Positions 24,367 to 36,488 of a stretch of DNA of 64,000 nucleotides are shown here, piece after piece. The DNA is from Dimorphilus gyrociliatus (taxonomy: Eukaryota; Animalia; Annelida), in the NCBI GenBank assembly GCA_904063045.1, contig CAJFCJ010000002.1, forward strand, positions 4,273,891-4,337,890, written 5' to 3'. The translations under genes were made by a program, and so were the position numbers. Numbering within the stretch: position 1 is the stretch's first letter; every line of letters starts with the position of its first letter. The notes under the pieces are model-generated. The model did not search any database, had not been told where the DNA came from, and worked only from the letters and a program-made list of their open reading frames with translations.

Positions 24367-27223
24367 TCATTGCTGACTAGCGACTTCGTCCACACTTTGA
24401 CTATTCCCAGAAGAAGTTCCACTTCCGTTCTTGTTATTCACCCAGTTTGAACGTCTTTTACCGCCTATGAAAAACGAACTATATAATAATAAAAAAGTTT
24501 TTTTCTGACTCGTTTTAATATTAATGGAACAACAGACTGTAAAATTTCCTAATATCAGTTTCATATACCTACTTCAACGAAGAATTCTAGCTAACTATTA
24601 AAACGAGTTCTAAATCTATACTTTTAAAAACACAACATACCACCACAAGCATTTTTTTGTCTCCTCACAGGTGGACAAGAGGATGTCGGCGTCCTTATCG
24701 AAAACTGTTGCATTTGGTTTGTCGCTTGCTCAATACGATTTTGATATATATGATCCTGTGGGTGAGGAGGACATAAAACTATTGTATTTCCAGTATGATT
24801 TGGAGGAGGTTGAGGCTGCTGTTGAGGAGGTGGCGGAGGTGGTTGTGGCGGTGGGGGCGCCACCTGCATCTGAACAGTATAAGGCTGCTGCAGAACTTGC
24901 TGCTGGGGAACGACATAAGTTGGAGGGGGTGGGGGTGGTGCCAATGACGGAACTTGTTGAAAGCTTATCAAACTCCCGGCTGGAAGTGGGCTTCCAGTTC
25001 CTGGATGCCTATATAACGAACCGTCGGACATTAAAAAAGGACTTCCGGTTTGAGGATTTATTATCACGCTTCCGCTGGGGATTTGTTCAACTGATGTTGC
25101 TACCCAAACGGCGTATGGTCCCCCTCCGTCATACATGGACGTTAAATTAGATCCACTGGAATCTCTTGACATTACTAGTGATCTCGTTCTGTCTGTAGAG
25201 TACCCGGATGAGTCAGTTGAACTCCATTGAAGTGGAAATGGAGAAACATGCTGTTGCATATCAGGAATAGAAAGGTGCTGTCCAAATATTCTAGTTCTTG
25301 CCTGTAAATAATAACAAACGCGTTTTGAAAGTACTCGCTATGTCCGTAATTTAATTTTCTTCAAGTAAGGTTTTTCCTTTCAAACCAAAAAGAATAATTA
25401 TCTTAAATTATAACATTAGTTATGAGATAGATGCTATTGTTATGAAAACTTTTTATAGCCTTTTCTAGTAAAAATCCTTAATAATTCTGGATATTCTTGA
25501 TAAAAATAAACTTGATACTTCGGGCACATAATATGTTGGTATTCGAGTAAATAACTGTCTTTATCACATTTAGCACTCACAGACTATTTATTATTAAGAA
25601 AACAGTACGTACCTGATCATATTCCATTCTTCTTTCATCAACACTTTTTGATTTAGGTTGATTGCCTAATGGAACTTTCAGTGGAGCATCTTCAACACTC
25701 GCCGGACGTCTTCTTAACAACTGCCTCGGTTGACCATTAGCCATTCTTATTATTTGACTAAAGGTTAGCGGAGGTAATCTAGTATTTGGTGTCCTATTTA
25801 CAACAACGGCCTTTCCTGTATTATCAACATTGTGCTCTAAACCAAAGTAGGCGGCGACTCTGTGAACTAGCATCCTTTGATAACTAGACATTGGAGGAAA
25901 ACGTTTCAATGGCTCATTCGAATCTGTTACGAAAGTTATAAGTTCCATTTCCAACTTCAGGAGAAAAGTTCTATCTTTTGTGTTCCCCTTTGTCAATGTT
26001 TGGGTCAAAAATTGCTGAAGATCTACTCCCGAAGAATCAGTTGAAATTTCCAAACTTGATTCACGTGACAATCCCGAAGACGCGTCACTTGCAGAAGAAC
26101 CTGAAGCATCTTTAAGTAAACGACGATTAGGTTGAGGCGAAAGCGTCTTTGGAGATGGTAGTAAACTTCCAACATTATTGGGAGGTGGAGATGAACCGTC
26201 CAATGCTTGAGATCTTACCAGTACTTTCATCTAGGAATATAAGTTTGCTTGAGTAAAATGTTTGACCTAAGCTTAATATTTCTTGAGTTACTTATTTATA
26301 TCATCACCGAAATGATTGATTGAGTCAGAAGGCTGACCTTATTGATATTTAGGTACAGAATTGTTATTCAAGTAATTCCTTGACAGTTCCCTTGCTTAGA
26401 TTAGATTCTTATAATATCTCAAAGACATCGAAAAGTCTCGATGTAAGGTGCTGGGTGGATGAGGTAGTAGACGACTTGGACAATGAGCACATCTATCTTA
26501 TGAATGTATAACAAATTTTCAATATTCACAATAGAGCCTATTGAGCAGTGTCATTACGTTTTATTGCCAACTTTTATTTCACTTTCGAATAAATATCTAC
26601 GCCAAAAAGCTAAATTTTTCTAGGCTTACTCAAACTGTAATATAATTCTTCTCGGCTTATTCTTAGCTAACAAAATAAAAACTTCCCTGACCAAAATAGC
26701 TGATGATTCAGAATATGCGTATTACATTATATTATTTTAGTAATAAAGCAAAGTATGTACGGTTTACTAAATTCTTATACATTTAGCTTGGAGAAAAACG
26801 AGTTCAATAAGTGTTTTCGAAACTTCTGACACTAGCAAATGGAAGCCACATGTCGTAATAGAAATGGTAAAAACATAGTTCTTTATAGCTCTAACCGAAA
26901 ACTCATTCCTGTAACTCCTACAATTTATTTTTTTGGTTTGTTTACCAATCTAGATGTTCAGGTTTAGTAGACCATTTGCTAGTTTCTGTTGGTTGAAATA
27001 TCAAAGAGCGCAATAATTTGATCTATATAGCCTACATAGAACGCCAAATATTCTAAATCCTACATTTTTAAAAAATAAAATGTATCACTTTTAACTGATT
27101 GTTGTCTTCCTCTTCCCCATCGGGAGTTGTTGTATCAGGTTCATCTTGAGACGCGCCATCTATCGGTTGAACTTCGGCTTTTTGACGTTTCAGTGAGGCT
27201 TTTCGTTCCAGCAGTTCTGCCAT
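24367..27223 (-). CDS. R3H and SUZ domain RNA-binding protein (R3HDM1/2, ARPP21, encore-like)
   Basis: Exons 27223-27089, 26230-25613, 25301-24641, (optional 24586-24569) and 24464-24367. R3H motif FPPMSSYQRMLVHRVAAYFGLEHNVD. The SUZ motif KSVDERRMEYDQ|ARTRIF is rebuilt across an intron. A Q/P-rich tail follows. Confidence 0.9.
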
Positions 27224-27836
27224 CTCTTTATAATGTTCTTTACTGAAATTTTACGCATATTTTTCACGACCTCCACAAAATAATATACCTTTGCTAAGAG
27301 GAAAAAATTTCAATTGTCAAGAACTTACTTTTATTAGATCGTTCGCATATCTCTTTGGTCAATACCTAACATAGAAGTCTTGCTTTGGCAAAAAGTTGCT
27401 TAAAAATATCTAATTGAACACGAAAATTGAGAAAAACGAAAAAATCCAGGTCGATGGAATAGCCGGAAATGACATCACAGTATTCTATAGTATCTTATGT
27501 TCGAGTCTGTTGAGTTTTTAAATTTATCATTTAGTGTTCAAATAGACAATTATATTAATTATTAATACCCAAACAAAACAAATAGATCTTAATTTTTTCG
27601 AAATTATATTTTGCGCGAAATTTATACGAAAACGAGCATGAGGAAAAATTAATCGGTGCTCACATATTATCTGGTTTATCTCAATATTACAACTTTATCA
27701 TACTTCAAAACCAATATATATGAAATCCATCGCTGATATTAATTAATATTATATCTAACGTATATTGTTACAATCTTCAAGCGTTAAAGCCAAGTACAAA
27801 TTGGTTCTAATTTCGCGCCAGTCTTTATATCCGAAT

Positions 27837-30800
27837 ATGTCAGTTTATACTTGGAAAGCGGATAATTTGACTGTAGAACCCCGTAAAGTACAATGGAACA
27901 ACAAAGAAAAAATAATTCAAGTCATAGCAGGACTGGATTACTTTGCATTGATAAGTGAAACCAGGAAATTACTGATGATGGGCTCAAATCGCTACGGTCA
28001 GCTGGGGAACAATACAAAACAGGACTCTAATGAACCAATAGAAATTATGAAGAATATTGATATTGTTAGTTGTAGTACCCGACATACAGCTGCTATTGAT
28101 TTTGAAGGTTCAGTTTGGTTTTGGGGAGATAATAGATGCAAGCAATGTGTTCCTGAAGAAATTGATTGTATTTTAAAGCCACAAAAATTACGGTTTTCTG
28201 CAAAAATTAGACACGTTTCCCTGGCGAGTAACTTTTCTGCTTGTGTTGATGAAAATGGAAATTTGTATATTTGGGGTAGTAAAAATCACATTGGTCTGAA
28301 ATTGGAGGCAAATATTGAATCTCCCTATCTAATAGATAAGTCATTTTTTGGTGGAAAAGATGTTTTAAAAGTTTCATGCGGAGAATTCCATACACTCGCT
28401 TTAGTAAGAACGGATATGGATAAATTAAGAAGTAACATCAGCTTCGAAAAAGTAACCAAATCTAAGAGTGCTCCTGAAGATGTTAGAAGTTCTTATGAGC
28501 ACGACTGCTCAACAGATAGGAAGAGGATGTTATCAGCTGGATCATTGGAGCTTCTTGAACAATTTACCGATTCTCAAGAGAAAGAGCCAGATTATTTTAC
28601 AAACAAAGTGAGTCAAATCTTATCAGTAGTTCCGCCAAGACCTCGTGAAGTGGCTTTAGGAATGATGAAATCGCTTAGAAATTCTTTTTCAACTACTCAA
28701 GCTCCTAGTCAACCCATTTTTGGTGTTCGAAAATGCTGCCCACTTCAAAAATCGAACAGTTGTGACTCTTTACCAAAACTGATTGACAAAGCTATACCAG
28801 AAGCTCCATCGTTAGAAACTAATGTCGTAGTTCACACCGAAGTATGGTGTTGGGGTAATGGAAATCACGGTCAACTGGGTCAAGGTGATCAAATTGATCG
28901 AAATAAACCTGTTCGTATTCGCTCTCTCATCAATAAATGCGTTATTGATATGAAGGCAGGAAATCAAACTTCCTTAGTGTTAACTGCAGATGGAACTGTT
29001 TACAAATTTGGCAATGATACGCTTGTTCCAACTCATATCAATCTACAAACACCAACTACTGGTATCTCTCTGACCGCTAACTGCTCTTTTTTTATAATGG
29101 ATGCTCCTAAGTTTGCAACTCATTTGTGGGTCTTAAAGAAAACTGGCCTAAATCAATCATCCAGCTTGGACGGTAAAGGAAGAATACGTCAAATGGCGAG
29201 TTGTCCTTTTGAAGGAAGAACAGCGGCTGTCATTATAGAGGAAGATGAGCATAAAGGAATATATGAGCTTGCAGTAACCGAAAGACATTTTCTAACATCC
29301 CTTGTAGCTGTTAGGACTCACCTTATTACTCCAATTATTAATAGCGAAGCTTATGGAGCTTTTAAAGGTAATTATAAATTAAATAAATCCATCTTTCTAA
29401 GGAGTTATTTATCTTCGAATTAAGTTTAGTAAATTGACATGTAAAAAATAAAATTTTTTAGAACAACCTCATGACGGACAAGCCTTCGAGCGTCTCTTAG
29501 CAGCTTATAATGAAACAATCGATCGTGTGAGAACGCTATGTGTTGAATTATCTGAAATTTGCTCACTTTTGCGACCAATAGAACATTTAAGTTTAACAAC
29601 AGAACATTCCAAAACGTTTGAAGAATATGGTATTCTTTACGACAACTGTTTATCACTAGGCAGTGTCCATTCTTTATCAAATGTATGTAGAAAAACGATA
29701 GATGAGGCTACAATCAAAGTTAAAGACATTTTAAAAAGAACAATAGGGCCAACAAATGTTCTAATTTATGCTCTCACATTACCGCTGCGGAGAAGTGGTG
29801 AATACGGTCGCCTCTGCTCAAAGATAGCTTCCAATTTTGCTCCAAATTCCTCCAGACATGTCTTCTTTGCTCAAATTGCCGAGATATGGGCTAATTTAAA
29901 AAGATCAACATCAGAGAGACATAACATAGCGGAAATGACTCGAAAATTTTGGGCTTCGTCCAAAATATCTGAGTCACTCCGATGCCCGGATAGAAGAGTT
30001 TTAAAAGAAGGTGACAAAAATGAATTAGTATCACAAAACGCTGGAAGATTTTTCTCAAGATCTTTCATTTTATTTAACGATATCCTCGTTGATGCCGGTT
30101 ATGGAAATTTAAAGAAATATAATCTATTGACAATTTGGCTCGAAGAGGACCTCGATGAACAAAAGAACATTGTACTTGTAACACCTGAGGAAAGAATTGT
30201 GCTATGTGCCAGTCGATTAGAAGTGAGAAATAGCTGGATGAAAATTCTGCAGCAGTCAATTATCAAAGCACTAGGTTGCGAGGGTAGGAACATCCCTGTT
30301 GTCAGAAATGCAACATATGATTTTGACAAGAAAAAAAAAGGATTGTATAAGGGTGCTACATACACCGGTAATTGGATACAAGGTAAAATGCACGGAACAG
30401 GAAGTATGATATGGTCCGACGGGCGCGTATTAAGTGGATTTTGGTCGAACTCTCTTCCTCATGGCTTTTGCGAGGAAAGAGTTCCCGATTCTACAGGCAA
30501 CTTAATGCACTATAAAGGTACTTCTATCAACATCTATTTAAAAAATAAGTTCTTTTAATGTATTCTGTTTTCCTAAAGGTCATTTTAGAATGGGTCAACG
30601 TCATGGTTCTGCTGAAATTGTTTATCCTGATGGTTCTGTGTACGAGGGTCGTATAAGAGAAGGACAAAGACAGGGACATGGACAGTTAAAACAAAATTTC
30701 TCTGTTTTCATAGGCGATTTTCTCCAAGACAAAAAAGACGGATATGGCGTTTTGGACTCTGGTAATGAAAGATATTTGGGAGAATGGAAGAACGATCTTC

Positions 30801-32285
30801 GGCATGGTCGGGGAATGACCTTAACTCTTGATGGCAGGTGCATTTGTGGTACCTGGAAGGAGGATCGATTAAATGGTGATTGTGTAATTTTATACGAAAA
30901 TGAGAGTCAATATGTCGGACAAGTAAATCCTGCCGTTGAACCGAATGGTCAAGGTATCTTTGAACTCGATTCAGGTTATTTGTTATTTGCAAAAGAAAGT
31001 GCAGCAAATTTAGTAATGGCATTTCATTTTAAATTTAGGTTACACCCTTGATGGGACTTTCGGCTCAGGCTCTGAGGGATTGGAGGTTCACGGTGTATTA
31101 ACTTTTGACCCTACAAAAAAGAAAATTACAGATGTTCGAGATAGAATAAAATCCCCCCCAATTCATATATCAGCGAAGCAAAAGTGGAATTCTATTTGGA
31201 GAGAATTAGAAGAGACTTTCGCCCTAGATGATGACCTCGAACCAATTCCTGAGTTGTCACCTGAAGAACTTTCTGCACATGCATGGAGATGCGTAGAAAG
31301 ATGTGCAGAAGCTGCTCCCCATCATCAAAAGATTCTCTCCCGTAATCCTTTGAAAAATTCCATATCTACCTTAACGACTGAAGATATTGACGTTCTCTCA
31401 GATTATCTCAATGCCGTTATTGATACAACGTGGCACCCATTAGGTATTGCTATGAGACGTCTTGTATCGGCTTTTCGTCTTTCCTATACAGGTATAGGAT
31501 GTCATCCAGCAATAATGTTGCATGTTGCTTTGAGCGAGGTAGCTGATTATTCAAAGCGCTTCGTTCGCTTAATTCTGCCACTTTTCCCTCAACTTCCATC
31601 GACTCTACCAGATGAACCAGGAATGATAGACGAAGATACTATTATTACCGCTGATAACTTGGTGCATCCCTTACTAGTTCCAAGAATTTATACATCTCTG
31701 TTTGCATTGCACGCCTTGGTAACTATCTATCATTAACACTTATTTGTCTTGTAAGCTTGATGAAGCACTTTACAAAACAAAATTCTTTCCTAATTAATCT
31801 ATTTTTAGTAGCCATTATGAGAGGAAATGACCTTTTAACGATGTTTGTTTTTCAAGGTTGTTGGCTCTGACGAAGATGATTCTAGATATTGGAAGAAAGT
31901 TATTACTTGCTCTCGACTGCAGCATAAGCAACTTTCAGCTGCCTTAGGCGTAGCTGAACGCCTGCAAATTGTAACCTGCGAAACGGCTGCCGATTGCCTG
32001 CAAAGATTACCCACCGCTTTTTCAATTTATACAAAATTTGACGTACTGCAAAGGACATTTCAATTACTAACTGATGAAGTAAGATCGGCTTCGGCAGACA
32101 GTACACCAATGGATGATTTACTTCCTCTTGTTGAAATGACTGTTGTAAAAGCTAAGATAAGACATTTAGGTGCTGAAATTTTGTTTATGGAGAGACTTAT
32201 GGAAGACCATATCATGCATGGTGAAAAGGGTATCCTACTCACAACTTTAAGCGCTTCTTATTTACAGCTGCAAAATGAAATTTGA
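27837..32285 (+). CDS. ALS2: Alsin homologue (RCC1-like repeats, DH/PH, MORN repeats, VPS9)
   Basis: Exons 27837-29367, 29462-30517, 30579-30974, 31039-31718 and 31857-32285. RCC1 repeats (GSNRYGQLG, WGNGNHGQLG), MORN repeats (YTGNWIQGKMHGTG, YLGEWKNDLRHGRG) and a VPS9 motif (MDDLLP...GEKGILLTTL). This domain order is diagnostic of alsin. Confidence 0.9.
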
Positions 32286-32798
32286 TATTGTTTATTTATT
32301 GCGAAACTTCAATGGAACAAATTCTATAGTTTATCTTTTTAGAATTAAATCAAGCTCACAGAGAAAAGCCATTGGCAGTTTTTTCTGCACAATTACTATT
32401 TACCACAAATTGTAAATAAAACGATTTGATGTCCCTAAGAACCTCTAAAGAATTTTGAGTTCTATTTTACGTGTTCAATAAACCTATTGAATAATCTAAA
32501 CAATTAAAATTATCGGTGTCTTGTATATTTTCCGCACAATTTATCAAACAACTATAAAGTGTACCAAATCTTTTTTATTACTTTTAACAAACACATCTTC
32601 TCAAGTTGTTTATCAAGGATAAGTCTGCATTTATTCACAGTGCATTATAAATTACAAATAACTTATACATTTTTACAGTCTATCGCAGCTTCGATCAAAT
32701 AATATACTCCGTCCTATAAATTAAAGTAGCACGAGTGCTATTTAGTACTCCTTTGCCATAAATAATTAAAAAAGAAAATATTTAAAATGTTAATTAAA

Positions 32799-35030
32799 TC
32801 AGGATTTTCTTCTAAGTGTTCTTTTACGGCTGTTCGACAGAGTAGAAAAATTTCGGCTATGTAGTCCACTACTATGAATTGGATCAGACCAGTCACTAAC
32901 ACTTTGTGAAGTATGGTACTTCGCACTAGAGGTTTTATTATAAACTGGTAAAAGCTCACTAGCATCATCAGGAAAAACTTTTATGTTCACGTAGGCATCT
33001 GTGCCATAACCCTCAACAGATGACAAATGTAAATCCCCCAAGAAATACTTAGCATACAATCTGGATAATGGTAAACCATATCCATAACCAGCAAGAGGTG
33101 TCGATGATGCAGCGGCTGGACTTGGAGGTCGGGGAGCAGTTGAATACATATAGTTAAATAGCAAAGGTAATTGAGATCTACTAATTCCACCGCCTTCATC
33201 ATGAATTTTAATAGTTAAATCTTCATTTCCTTTGCAGATCATAACTTTAATATCTGGTAGACTGTCTTTTTGACCATGAGTTTCAACGACCGCTCTTAAA
33301 GCATTTTTAAACAGTTCAAAGAGAATATGATAGAGATGTGAAGGAACATATGTTACAGTCAGTGATCCCTCTTTGTTACCAGACGGGTCAACACTCTCAA
33401 ATACACAATCTGGAGAATTTAGGTAGTATTGTTCACACAAAAATTTAGCATTCTCATATGCATCTTGAGCAACATCTTGAACACGACAAGCTGGGTCTAT
33501 TGCTCCTATATGCTTAGAGGACTGATGCCGTTCCGGATCAAAGAGCAAAGTATGCTGATTGATTAGCATTCTGATAGAAATACGGCTCATATAGAATCTA
33601 TCAAGAAAGTATTGCACTTGTTTCTCCAAAAGACCAGTTGCGTAATTCTCATCTTCTTTCATTTCAATTACTCCTTGAGCCATAGTCTCTACTACTGACT
33701 GGTGACGATTCCTAATTTTCACCAAAGATTCAGTGAAATATTCTAAAATCGAACTGTCCTTCGGGTCAGACTTCTCATATCGTAATATTTCCTAAGAGTA
33801 AAAAAATTTCCCTTTATGAAGATTCAAAAATCATTTCCACTTTTATAAACAAAACAACAATAAACAAATAACGATTCATAATATATATATATATACTAAT
33901 ATATATACTTTATATATATATATATAGATATAGAAACAAGTGAACTGTTGTAAATTTTTATCAGTCAACACGTCGTGATGAGAATAATACAAAATCTTAT
34001 CTAAGTTCTATGTTTAGATATTTCATCATGTATTTCGTATTTCGGTTTAAAATAACAAATCCAAGGAGGGAGGCTATACTACTTAATTATTAAGAGAAAG
34101 ATGCAACTTACTTGAAAACTCTGTTCATACCATCCTTCCACTATTTGAACTGAGGGAGTTAAAAGCAACTGATCTGGTAGTAAGTTTATTTCCTTCATAA
34201 TATTAGCCAATCTCACTGGTAGTTCTTTCCTTAAAAAGAAGAAAGATGTTTTCTCACATCCGCTGTTGATCCCTGCATAATAATAGAAGGACTGTTTACT
34301 TCATTCAAAAAATAAGAGTTACAGAAATATAATACCAAAATCGATTAATCTTTTTAATGATAAACAGCTTGGATTGTAAACGGAATATTCGTTTAACTTC
34401 AAAGAATCAATCGAGAAGTTTTTACATGCGTCTCTAAGGAATTTAGATAAACGCATTTTGAATTTCAGGTGATAACTGACTATGACAGTAAATAAATAAA
34501 TAGAGATATAATTCTATGTTTGGACTTTGGCCTTGCATAATTGACCTCATCAAAACAGTTATAAACACTGTTTGATAACAATAGCTAAATTCCAACGCAT
34601 GCGCATAGAGCATCTTAGAAAAAAAATTTCCTTTACCGAAATCAAGAAATTGTCTGATCGTAAGCACAGTAGGATGATAGCGGGAGAAAGCTTCTATTGT
34701 GTCCGATAATTTTCGGAGAAGCGTTTGACTTTGCCGCATTTTTCAGGGAAATACAAATTTGGTGTATAAACTGTCTTTCATTCGACCTTCGCCTTTTAGA
34801 ATATATTCACAAGAGCACGATGCTGATTGGTCGAGAGCGGATGAGCCCCAATCTTAATATGTGTATACAATGGAAAAATACCAAATGATACGTCATAACT
34901 TACCAAAATTGATGAATCTTTCTAAAGATAGAGGAGACGGGTGAAATATAGCATAACGATCAACTAACTCATTAATTACGTTAGCTCCAACAGGCTTTGC
35001 CTTGGAACATAAACTGAGAAATAGTCTCAT
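32799..35030 (-). CDS. PDK: Mitochondrial pyruvate dehydrogenase kinase with two alternative first exons
   Basis: Exon 1a (35030-34904) or exon 1b (34739-34637), then exons 34272-34112 and 33791-32799. Motifs [47 protein letters not shown] and [16 protein letters not shown]. Confidence 0.95.
34821..34831 (-). promoter_or_regulatory. CCAAT (NF-Y) box upstream of PDK exon 1b
   Basis: GACCAATCAGC on the minus strand, about 85 nt upstream of the exon 1b ATG and inside the intron following exon 1a. The identical 11-mer is at 50243-50253 near CDCA3. Confidence 0.5.
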
Positions 35031-35465
35031 GTCTAAATTAGCTTTTAAAGTTTCAATGTCTTCTTAAAAGTTAGCTGTAGTTTGATAATTCCACGATGTC
35101 AGATATAGCTGAACACTCTTTTAACGGCTCGAAAAAAGCACACAAAAAGATAGGAAAATTTCCTTCTCTTAAAGCGAGTGGCTCTTATATAAGCTATAGC
35201 TAGAAATCTGCTAATGCATATGCATAATCACAAAAATTCATGAGGTATATTTGTGTTTTGTATTCCTACCATGATTTGAATAGCTCGTTTTGCGGTGGAA
35301 CTATGAACCAGCCCCCTGAATAGTAGAGGTTTCTCCGTGTAAAATTTTCAAAATGGCGAAACTTTATAATTACTTTGCGGACATCATGCGCTGTATGATT
35401 CAGTTGGTATCTTCATCACGCATGTGACTACGTCGATTTCTTCAACCAGATACACGCGTGGAACA

Positions 35466-36488
35466 ATGTCCTCGGACGAGGAACTTCAAGATTTTTTCGC
35501 TAAAAAAGATAAAACTAAGATCAAAAAAAAGGCAAAGACAAAAACTGGAAAAGAATCTGTTGATAGTCCAGTTGACAACAGCGGTAAATCCAAAGTGAAA
35601 AAAGCCAAGAAAAAAGAAAAAGAAAAGGCTCCGGAAACGGAAAGTAAATCTGAAAAAAAGGACGATGAAGAAGAATGGATCGATTTTGAAACTCCAGCTG
35701 AAGTTGATTTGAGCGGATTACGAATAAATACCCAGCTAACGTAAGAACAGAAAAATTTCAGAATCGTCTTAATCGGAATACCGAATATTCCCCAAATTTC
35801 ATCACCATACTTCACAATTTATATTTTCCCAATTACTTCGCATACTCATGTTGAATTTAAATTTATATCATTATGTTCTTCAATTCGAAAATAACAAAAA
35901 AATATCGTATCCATTCTTCATACCGTATGGTCTTCTGTTTTAATTTAGGCAACAAGTAGAAGAAGAAAGTAAAGATATTGAAACTGAAGAGGAAAGAGCG
36001 GAAAAGGATAAGGAAGAAGGTCCTTGGAAGCCTGTAACACAGACAGCTAAACCCCCCACGCCTGAACCTGTTGTACCCGAGGGTAATTTTATTCATTATA
36101 TCGGTTGTCTGATACACAATTTAATTTGATATTAAATTAGTTGATTTTTAGGTATAGTTTACACTGCATTTTGCTAAAGATTTTGTTACATCCCTTAGTT
36201 GAGCCCACTCCAAAACAAGAGGAGACTGAGCAAAAGTACGTTCCACCGCAAAAGCGTTCAACCTCTGACAATAGACCATTAGCACCAGTGGTTCTTGGAA
36301 AATGGAAAAAATCGGCTCCTAATATAAAGTCAGAGGAAGATTTTCCAACTCTTGGAGCCATCGTTCCATCAGACATTTCAGGAGGAAATTTTGAAAATGT
36401 ACAACGAGGTGGTCGATATATGGACACAAGTAAATCGACTGTACCGACTCTGGAAGTAGGTAATAAATACGGCGCCTTAGCTGATTAA
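35466..36488 (+). CDS. CDV3: CDV3 homologue
   Basis: Exons 35466-35740, 35949-36082 and 36199-36488. Family motifs LQDFFAKKDK, EEWIDFE...DLSGLRI, EGPW, KYVPP, APNIKSEEDFPTL and GNKYGAL. Confidence 0.88.

Noticed and set aside
24671-25150. 159-aa plus-strand ORF
   Set aside because: Antisense shadow of the Q/P-rich exon of the R3H gene, with no independent features.
26330-26500. GC-elevated segment in R3H intron 1 as an extra exon
   Set aside because: All frames tested terminate, and the flanking exons already join in phase.
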